The notes under the pieces are model-generated. The model was given only the letters and a program-made list of their open reading frames with translations. It did no database searches and was not told the origin of the DNA. Positions 26,541-36,953 of a stretch of DNA of 64,000 nucleotides are shown here, in pieces. The stretch covers positions 1 to 64,000 of the forward strand of contig MNCI01000135.1 in the NCBI GenBank assembly GCA_015680685.1, in the 5' to 3' direction. This stretch comes from Gnetum montanum (Eukaryota; Plantae; Gnetophyta). Both the position numbers and the translations under genes were made by a program. Within the stretch, counting starts at the first letter, position 1. Each line of letters starts with the position of its first letter.

Positions 26541-26711
26541 ACTCACTCCATTTTCTAAATCTCCTCTTTCCAACTTAGTACCATGATATCTTCAAGAGGG
26601 TAAAAGGATTTTTCTTCTCTTTTGTTTTGTAATGTTCTTTCTATATTTTTCATTTTCTTTATATTTTATTGATTATTCTATATTGTAGGCACATTTCATC
26701 CATACCATGGA

Positions 26712-27100
26712 GCAGCTACCACTGTTATTAGAACCATCTATATTACTGTCAACACTAGAAGAACAATTGTTTGCACCACTCATCAATCTAGCATTGAAAT
26801 TTTTGAATCCTTTGATGAGATGTTGCTCATCACGAGAGGAGGTCAAGTCATCTACTTTGGACATCTTGGTGACCACTCATGCAAGATAATTGAATATTTT
26901 GATGCTATTCCTAGATGTTGGAAGCCACCTCTGTGGTTGTAGAGCAACTGTTGGAAATAGATTTTGTAGAACATTAAAAAAAATCATCCCTCTTCAAGCG
27001 TAACATAGATATGGTGAAAAAGCTCACTATTCCACCACCGGGATCAAAGCATCTGCACCTTGAAAATCAATATTCACAAACCTTAATGGAGCAATTCAAG
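26712..27100 (+). pseudogene. Captured fragment of a full-size ABCG/PDR transporter (NBD2 and linker)
   Basis: [67 protein letters not shown] / [61 protein letters not shown] matches the PDR consensus ([28 protein letters not shown]...PPPGxKDLYF.TQYSQ). It reads in a different frame from the listed ORF 26707-26889. Confidence 0.93.
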
Positions 27101-27879
27101 AATGACGCATTGTTAAACATGGAAATTTTTTAGGTGCATTAAGGTTTTAATTGGTCAGAACTGTTACCTTGGAGCCTCACATGACAAAGGCTGATAAGAA
27201 ATAAAAATGAATGCCCAGAGCTCTAGAAACCTCACCGGATGATTAACAATGTATTGTTACGAACCTACAAAATCAAGAGTAAGATCAGAATCAAACACAA
27301 AGATAGAGACAGGAACACCCAAAAAGTGGTATTGGCAACCGTTGCTGAAGGCCTTCGTTTTAACTCTCATCGCCACCGCCATTGCTCAGGCCCCTACCCG
27401 TGTCAACAAGATAAGGATAGTCGCATAAGCAGCAGTAAGTGGTGGCAACCAATTGCAAGAGGCCGCAGCCGCTGACAAAGAATGCTTACATTATGGGCAA
27501 AGTTACGATGTAACACGAGACATGCATGGACATGGAGCCATCTTAGAATTGTTTTCCTGTCTCTTGATCTTCGTGGAATTCGCGTTATGCTGAAGCTCTG
27601 AATGCATTATTGTGCATTTTAAAGGATTCATGATAAGGCGTGAGAATGTCAAAAGTTGTGCATGAAAAGGAATCGACCCGCTAGTGGCCATTAAGATCCG
27701 CATCCTAAGCTGTGCAATGATTGAACATCATCATATCCATGGCCACTACTTGGCTCTGTGATTCCTGGATTCGCAAGGCGTCGCCATAGGAAGTCATGGA
27801 AAGCATAATGCTTCATCTTCTTCTTTTTCCTACATGCTTGACTTCCGTCAAGAGCAAATGCAGCAAATAAATCATAGAC

Positions 27880-27967
27880 CATGGCCAACATTGGATGCCT
27901 ATTAAGCCCATTCCTGGACCTCTAGTTGTCAACATTGATGATTCCCTTCAGATGATAACCAATGGAA
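27880..27967 (+). pseudogene. Captured 2-oxoglutarate/Fe(II) dioxygenase fragment, part 1
   Basis: HGQHWMPIKPIPGPLVVNIDDSLQMITNG matches GxWxxVxPxPGALVVNIGDxLQxxSNG. Confidence 0.88.
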
Positions 27968-30900
27968 TGTTATTCCCAATTGTTTGCACCAATATTATAT
28001 TAAATGTAAAAGAAATTGCAAAAAATAAAAAAGATACATAGTTACCTGAGAAAACCTTTAAGTGAAAAACCCTACCAAAGAATCAGCTCTTGGACTGTTA
28101 GCAACACAAATTCGAAAAATTGAAGCTTAAGGATAATTTACAAAGGAAGGGAGATGATTCTCAAGCTTATGCTTTGAAAAATGTGATTTGGATGCTCCCT
28201 TTGAGCTCCTTACATACTGTCAGGAAACCAAAAATTAAAAAAGGAATAAGGTAGTTTATTTTGGTTGGGATAGGTATGAGCCCAATTATAACATAAACAG
28301 AAATAAAAATATAATAAGGCAAGGTAGAAATATCTGAGAAAATCAAGGCACATTTGCCTTCATCCACCTCACAATTCTTCTTCTTGAAGGTAATGCTACT
28401 TTGAAGAACGGTCCAAACCATCTTTAGAAAATCCAATTATAAGAAGAGCAAATGTTGATTAGCATCGAAGAAACTTTTTAGCATGAGTTGACTTGGTGAG
28501 TATATCTATAGGATTTGCTTCAATTAAAATTTTATTCAAAAAAATCCTTTGCTTTTTAATTTCCTTACGTATATAGTGATATTGTATTTCAATATTAATC
28601 AAAGTTTGAGTGATGCCAAGTTCAATTATTAGCCTTTGGAACCATATAGCTTCTTTGCATGCTAACTTAGTAGCAACATATTCAACTTTAGTGATAGACT
28701 GAGCAACACAAGATTATTTCTAACTTTTCCAAGAAATAGCACCACCAAAAAGATTAAACACATATCCACTAGTAGATTTCCTACAATCAATATCACCACT
28801 CCAATCTACATCAACGAAGCCAAGAAGTCTATTGAAATCATTTTTATACCAAATCCCATAATTGGAAGTACCACGAAAATATCGGAAGACTCGTTACATG
28901 AAAATCTAGTGTTGTTTTCCTGCATTAGACATATACTTGCTAAGTTTTTCAACAATGTAAGCAATATCAAGTCTAGTAGAGACCACTACATACATTAAAC
29001 TACCAATAGCACTAGCATATGAAATTTTAACCATGAGCTCTTTTTCTTCACTTGTCTTTGGGAATTGTTCAACTAATAGTTTAATACCAGTTTCACAGGG
29101 TGTAGTCACAAGCTTGTAATCATGCATACTAAATCTTCTTACAATATTTTCAACATATGTAGATTGTCCAAGCCAAAGATTGTTATTAGCCTTGTCCCTT
29201 TTGATTTCCATGCCCAAAATTTTTTGTATAGCACCAAGATCCTTCATCTCAAATTAAGAAGACAGATGAAGTTTTAACTTCTAAATATCATGTATGTTAT
29301 TACCTGCTATTAACATGTCATTGACATATAGCAGCAAAATAACATATTTGTCACTTGTATTTTTAACATACATACAAGAGTCTTTGACACTTCTAACAAA
29401 GCCAAGATTTATCATGTGATCATTAAATTTCTTATTCCACATCCTTGGTGCTTGTTTGAGCCCATATAGTGATTTTAATAATCAACACACCATTTGCTCT
29501 TTTGCTTTAATTTCATATTGTTCAGGTTGAAGCATATATATTTCTTCCTCAAGATCACCATGGAAGAATGCTATTTTCACATCCATTTGTTCAAGTTCAA
29601 AATCATAAATAGCTATGATAACCAAAAATGATCTTATGGATGTTAATTTTACTACTAGAGAAAAGATTTTATCATAATCAATTCCCTTTCTCTAAGAAAA
29701 TCCTTTAGCTACAAGTTGTGCTTTGTATTGATTCCGAGATTTTATTTTGTACACCCATTTATTTCCAATGGGTTTTCTCTGTGATGGAAGCTCAATTAAT
29801 TTCCAGGTTTTATTTTGGTGAATTGATAACATTTCAACATCCATTATCTATTTTCACTTTGCATTTTTCATAGATAAACATGCCTCATCATATGTTGATG
29901 GCTCATTATTTTCAGTAAATAGGACATATTCTTCTAGATGTGAGGGTAATTTTCTTATACATGTTAAACATCTTAACAACTCATCTTCACTAAAAGTAGT
30001 TTCTCCCTCTTCATGTTGGTCCTTCTCGTTTACCATGCTATCACCATCTTGTTCGCTAAGGGCAGGATGACCCTCAAAAATTTCATTATTAATTTCAACA
30101 AGCGCATACATAGGAGTTACATCATTTGAAGGAGTTTCAGTATTAGAAGATTCCTCCTTCATAGATCCACATTTTTCTCTAAAGATAACATCTTGACTAT
30201 AAATAACTCTTTTGGTTTGTGGGTTATACAACTTATAAGCTTTGACACCATGTTTATAGCCAAGAAAAATACATTTGACAAACTTAGAGTCTAATTTGGA
30301 CCTATCATATTTTTGAACCTATACATAGGCTTCACAACCAAAAGTCTTCAAATAATTCAAATTAATAGATCTACAACACCGAACTTCTTCTGGAATTTTT
30401 TTGCCAAGTGCTAATGAAGGAGATATATTGATAAGATAACCTGCAGTTGTTACTACTTCACCCCAAAAATGCTTGTCAAGATCATATTCACTAAGCATAC
30501 ATCTAGCACATTTCATTAATGTTCCATTGAAGCACTCTACTACTTCATTTTCTTAGGAGTCCTTGGAATAGTCTTTGCCTTTGAATGTCATGTTCTTTAC
30601 AAAAAGCACTAAATTCATTTGAGCAAAACTCACCACCATTGTCAATTCTTAGAATTTTGATTTTCTTTCTTAAAGAATTCTCAAAAAGAACTTTGGATTC
30701 TATGAATTTTTGAAATACTTCAAACTTATGTTTTAACAAATAGATCCAACTATTTCTAGAATAATCATCAATAGAAGAAACATAATACATGCTACCTACA
30801 AGAGAACTTATTTTAATATCTTTAACTAGTTCACATACATCACTATGTATTAGTTCTAATATCTAAAGAGATTTAGCATTACTTCTTTGAAAAATGTAAC

Positions 30901-32348
30901 GCCTTTGTTTACCATGTAGACAATGATGACAAAAATCCAAGGAATCTTTCGAAAGCTTAAATTTACCTTGCTTGTAAAGTTTCTTAAGTCCTTTTTCATG
31001 AAGATGTCCTATTCTTTTATGCCACAAATCAATACTTAAATTTAAATCAATAACTACTAATGCACTTAATTTCTACTTTAATGTCTTAGCCTCTAATTTA
31101 TACAACTTGTTTATTTTAATCCTAGAAGCCAAAACAAATGAACCATGCAGTATTGCACATTTTCCAGTTCCAAACATAACAGTTAATCCTGCATCATCCA
31201 ATTCACTTACTCAAAAAAAATTTAGTAAGTGTTGGAACATTACATACACTGGGAATCGATTTAACTACTCCATTTTTAAACTAAATCTTTACCTTTCTAT
31301 AACCTATAACTTTGCATAAACCATCATTACCCAATCTAACCATTTCAAGATTAAATGATGTATACTCACTGAACTAATCAACATGTGGAGCGTAGTGATG
31401 AGATGCACCCAGTCCACATACCATGAATATGAATCAGCATTATCAGAAGATGAGACAACATACAAATCTCCTTCTTGAGTAGGAGGGGCTTGATCACTTT
31501 TTGACACATTACTCTCTTTCCCCTTTTTTGGAGGGGTTTTATAGTCTTTCTTTATATGACTAACTTTACCCCAATTCCAACATGTAGGTGGCTTCTTTAC
31601 AAATTTTTGAGCCTTATTCTTAAATTAAAGCCTCTTAACAAACTTTGGCTTTACATTATTTTTGATAAATAATACATCATTTTAAGGATTAGAACTTTTT
31701 CTTCTTNNNNNNNNNNNNNNNNNNNNNNNNNNNNNNNNNNNNNNNNNNNNNNNNNNNNNNNNNNNNNNNNNNNNNNNNNNNNNNNNNNNNNNNNNNNNNN
31801 NNNNNNNNNNNNNNNNNNNNNNNNNNNNNNNNNNNNNNNNNNNNNNNNNNNNNNNNNNNNNNNNNNNNNNNNNNNNNNNNNNNNNNNNNNNNNNNNNNNN
31901 NNNNNNNNNNNNNNNNNNNNNNNNNNNNNNNNNNNNNNNNNNNNNNNNNNNNTCGCTTGCACCAATATTATATTAAATTTAAAAGAAATTTTAGAAAATA
32001 AAAAAGACACATAGCTACCCTAGGAAAAACCTTCAAGGTGAAAAACCTAGCAAAGAATTTGCTCTTGGACTATTAGTAGCATAGCTTCAGAATATTGAAG
32101 CTCAAGGAAAATTTACAAAGGAAGGGAGATGATTCTCAAGCTTATGCTTTGAAAAATGTGGTTTGGATGCTCCCTTTGAGCTCCTTATATATTATCACAA
32201 AACCAAAAATTAAAAGAAGGGATAAGGTAGTTTATTTTGGTGGGGATAGGTACAAGACCAATTATAACATAGAAACAAATAAAAATAGAATAGGGTAGGG
32301 TAGAAATATTAGAGAAATAAAGGTATATATTCCTTCATCCACCTCACA
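27968..32348 (-). mobile_element. Ty1/Copia element nested in cargo-LTR copy 3
   Basis: LTRs 27968-28373 and ~31953-32348 (left end hidden by the gap); TSD TGGAA/TTGAA. Minus-strand zinc knuckle, WYVD protease, LWHKRIGH, IDDYSR/RIDNGGEF integrase, QMDVKIAFFHG, LYVNDML, MKDLG RT, DVDWSGD RNase H start. Confidence 0.93.
31707..31952. other. Assembly gap (N run)
   Basis: 246 N. It covers the Copia PBS/gag start. Confidence 0.99.
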
Positions 32349-32353
32349 TTGAA

Positions 32354-32418
32354 GGTACAGAAGCATTAAGCATCATGCTGTAATGAACAAGGATACTTAT
32401 AGGCTCTTCATTACAACA
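32354..32418 (+). pseudogene. Captured 2OG dioxygenase fragment, part 2
   Basis: Removing the Copia and one TSD copy gives in-frame ...ITNG-RYRSIKHHAVMNKDTYRLFITT, matching NGRYKSxEHRAVVNxxxxRLSIAxF. Confidence 0.88.
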
Positions 32419-35400
32419 TCATCATCCTCATCTTCATCTATCATAGAGGAGAAGGACAGAGTGAAGTAAAAATGGGCAAATCACAATGGGGCAAAAATGA
32501 GAGCAAAGGTGAGCAAGTTTGAGCAAAATGGTTACATCGACATCATGCAATGGATGCCACATGTGGCCATGCTGGACCGTCTCATGGCAACCTTCTCCTA
32601 TAACCTCGACACCTGCAATAATGTCGTAATTATTCATCAAGATGAACTCTTCTATGTATGGACACTGCAACAACACCACCACCACAACTACAATAATTAT
32701 AAGTTGATAGCACCCATGACCATGGACTATAACCTAAACACATGCTTGGGATGCCATTGGAAATGAGGGAGCTACTTTCAAACATAGTGTCACCATTACC
32801 ATCTGCAAATCCATCATGACGACACCATTTCTATACTAGTTACATGCCACTACATTGATGATGGAGATAGAAATTAGGTTGTAAATAAGTGGTTGCTACT
32901 CTGCTAAGGCACACAACATCAATGAGGCATGTTAAAATCACAACACATTGTAGTTGTTAGTTGGTAGTTTGGATGGCCATGTTATCATCTGTAGTTACCA
33001 TTTTCACCAACACTCGTGATTTTTAAATGTTATTATGGTTTTATATTTCATGCATTCATACCAAGGTTTTGATATTAAATTATTATAAGATGACAAAAAA
33101 TAACCATATAATAAAACAATGATGAAAGAAGAATAAAATAAAATAATTGAATTTGGTAAATGAAGTTCAAATTGAAGGGAACATTTTTCTAGTCTATATG
33201 TAATCAACCATAGTTTGGCTATCTTGCATTTATATTCAAGTGACCTAGAATTAAAGAAGGCACCTAGAGTTAGAGCCATCTCTACTTAAAAAGCTTGTTT
33301 CACCATCTTGATCATGTTGAGCATAAACTATATCTTCCCCATAGGAAGATTTATCATAAGGGTTAATGTGCCAAAATTGGTGATCTCATATTAAGGATAA
33401 TGACTCAAGAATATTATGAAAAATAAAATAAAATATTTATAAGTTAGTTATTAAACAAGACACTTGCCAACTATGGCTTAAATTTCTCATAACTTCTTAT
33501 GGAAGTTATAACTTCTTAGGGTGGTAATGAATTAATCCCCTAGATATTTGTAACATCCCTTACCTTCTCATGATGATTGTAACTATCCTAAGGCCTCTAT
33601 AAAAAAAGGCTTCAAAGGTAGAATTTGAAGGAATGGATTATGGGTAGAAGATACTTGCAAGAATATTGAAGATTATAAAAGCATGGATTGCTATTGTAAA
33701 AGCATGGAATGCTAAAGACATCAATTCAGCTGCTTTGTTTTAATCTTGTAAGTTCTTTTCTTCCCATTTTGTCTTAGTTACTTAGCTAATGGTCTAGATA
33801 ATATTGTGTGTGGCATTTAATTTTGGAATTTTTTAGATTATTATTATAGCTATGTTTTTGTGCAATATTATATTTTCATTAGGTTTGCCATATAAGAGCT
33901 TATGTTTTCTTAGAAAAGCAACTTGACCAATTTAATAGTAATGTCTTATTGAAATTTCCTATTTGAGACAAGAGGATCTAGAAAATCTTTGATACTTTGA
34001 CTTGCTTGAAATAGCTTCATTTTTTAAAAGTTTATTGCCTTGAATTTTAATCTTGAAATTGTCAAATTTTTCTGCTAATTCTATTGTTTGCAATTCTTGA
34101 ACACTATTAACTAGCTAAACAAAAGCTTGTACTTGCTATTTACAAAGCAATTGGAAAATATAATAAGATTATCTTTTACAAAATTGCTTATTAGGCTCAG
34201 AAGGGTCTAGACAATTCATAATATTTAGATTGATATTATGAAGTGTTTCATCATGTTCAATTTATCTTGCCTAAATTTTTAAGATTCACACAAATTTGCC
34301 TTCTTTTCTTTTCTCTTTCTAAATCCTTTGAATCTAGCTCTACTTCTAGTTTTCTTGTGGAATTTTGTCTCTAGGGGAAATTAGGAGTAGATTGGTAGAA
34401 TTATGCTCAAGTATTTTTGTGAAATTTTATGTGTTTTAAGTAGCGTACTATAAGGACTATATAGACTAAGTAATTTGATAAAATAGGAATCTTTAATAAC
34501 TCATAGTATTTGACAAAGCTAGCTGAATTTCTTTTACAATAGCCAATTACATTTTCATACACAAAGCCAAGCATTTCAACATTTACAACAAAAACTACAC
34601 ATTCATGCTTAGTTTGCTCTATAACCACTGAGTTTATTTGGAGGTATCTAAGCATTGGTGTTGCCAGAAGAATAGCAAGCACCTAAACCTTGTTTGAAGG
34701 AACACCTTTGTTTCCCATGACCCCAAGTCACAAGACTAGAGGCCTATGTTGGTGGTCCCAAACAATTGCCAACATTTATATTTTTCCTTTTCTACTTTTT
34801 ACTTTAATCATTATTTTTATGTTCATTTATTCTAAATTGAAATCTCTAATGTTGTTCCATGGCTACTACAAATTTTGGAAATTGTTGAAAGTAGCTATCA
34901 AGATTATGATTTATTACAAAGGACAACTTTTTCTGTAGAATATGTTCTCTACTAACAATTTATCAATGCTTTGGTGGTATCAAGCACTAAGTTCACGACA
35001 TCCACCCATTCCATCTATCTCATGTGAAGTTCTGCATCATGGGAGAATGAAGGTTCTTTCACATCAAAACTAAAAGTATCATGTGATCTTATTACCTAAA
35101 AACCTAGGAAAGGACCAAGTGAAAATGAAAAAGGATATGACCTCAAGAGGATTTATTGTGTTCTTTTCTCAACTTTTTTCTTAAGTTCTATGGCTCCTCA
35201 TGGATATATCATCACTCCTACTTTTGACCATAAAACAAAGTATGCCTCTATATGATGTGGTTCTCAATAAAAAAGGGGGAATTATAAGCACACACCTTTG
35301 AAGATCTCTTGGAATACAAGCATTGGTTATGGAGCTAGATAAACATGTTAGCCATTCCTAAAAGCATCCTTCTAACTAAGGTCCAAATTTCTTCCTAACT

Positions 35401-36461
35401 ACTTTCCTTTTCTCCTTTCTTCTTTTCTTGGAGTGATGATTGTCCTTTGTGGTTTTCATTAACTTATGTTAATAAATAGAGAGGAAAACATCAATGCAAT
35501 GTCACTGTCATTGAATTGGACCTAGTCTAGACTTAAAATAGACTAGTATCAAATCATCTTAATCCCATATTTCACTAAGGATCCAATGAGACCATGATGT
35601 GGATTTTTCCTATATCATTCTCTTTCTACCCTTCTTGCACTCCAATTTATAGTTTGTTTTATCATTTTCATAGCCTTCAAAAAATCGCTTACATGGGTAC
35701 AGTGTTTAACTTGAATAACCATTCATCATCTAGGATGCCTATGGACTCCCTATGGTGAAGTTATGCAAGGGAATATTAGCCATAAGTCTACTTTGTAGAG
35801 GACCCACTTGCATATCTTTTTTTTTCCCTCAAAATAAATCCCATAACCATGGGCCTCATTTCAATCTCAATACGTTTGATAGCCTACATCATCTAGTTTT
35901 ACTCTACATTGGTATAAAGAACATCTTTCAATTACTCATTTCATGTAATTACATTGTTCCAATTCTTCAACCATACCCTCAATTGTGTCACTACCATGTT
36001 TTTTCAACTTTTTGGCTTTCATTTGATCCTTATTTTAAACTCATACTCATTCAAAATTCCTCAATATCTTTAGCTAAAAAATAGCTATGAAAAACTTTGT
36101 TGATGCATCCTTGCCGATGCAATTAGGCTAGTTAACATAGCCTCATCAATGCATCTCCATCAATGTAGCACAAAAATCCTATAAATACGCATCACACTTA
36201 GCTTATTTTTTACATTTTCCTTCAAATGCAAGAGGATTTTTTCCAATTTTTAAGAGCTTAGAACCTTCTAAGATTCAAAACTTGGCAACTACTTATTCTT
36301 TTTCACTAGTTCTTTGATCCTTAAGCTTTTGAAGGTATGCTTTATGTCATAGGATCATTAAACACTAGCTTTTCATGAAAAAAATTTCGAAATGTTTTCT
36401 AAAATCCCATGGATAAGATATTAAAATAATACTAAATTAATAACCATAAGAGTTAATCTTA

Positions 36462-36951
36462 ATAATCAACCTTCATTAAAGCATGAATAAAATAATAATA
36501 CAATAATATCATGCCCCTATAATCACTAAATAAGAACGTAACAATAAATTCCAACTTGTGACTAATAAAATTAACCCCATCAAAACAAAAAATGTATCTA
36601 ACTAAAAAAAGACTATATCTAAATGACTAATCCTAAGTTATTTTTGTGATCACATATGGCACCTAAGTGAGGACCATAGGAAAAGGGGCCATCATAGCCT
36701 AGGAAGATAATCAACCTTCATTAAAGCATGAATAAAATAATAATACAATAATATCATGCCCCTATAATCACTAAATAAGAACGTAACAATAAATTCCAAC
36801 TTGTGACTAATAAAATTAACCCCATCAAAACAAAAAATGTATCTAACTAAAAAAAGACTATATCTAAATGACTAATCCTAAGTTATTTTTGTGATCACAT
36901 ATGGCACCTAAGTGAGGACCATAGGAAAAGGGGCCATCATAGCCTAGGAAG
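36462..36951. repeat. 245-bp tandem duplication, apparently perfect
   Basis: 36462-36706 appears identical to 36707-36951 by inspection. Confidence 0.95.
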
Positions 36952-36953
36952 AA

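Larger units (their letters stand above)
26684..34774 (+). mobile_element. Solo LTR (cargo-LTR copy 3, ~3.7 kb without the nested Copia)
   Basis: Starts TGTAGGCACATTTCATCCATACCATGGAGCA (compare copies 1 and 2) and ends GCCAACA. TSD TATAT/TTTAT (1 mismatch). Core 33457-34774 is homologous to the other copies. Confidence 0.85.

Noticed and set aside
26707-26889. Listed [14 protein letters not shown]... and antisense ORF 26673-26876
   Set aside because: They are shadow frames of the ABCG/PDR fragment.
27981-28373. Copia LTR starting at TGTTTGCACC (27981)
   Set aside because: No TSD at that boundary. A start at 27968 gives a TSD and restores the 2OGD frame.
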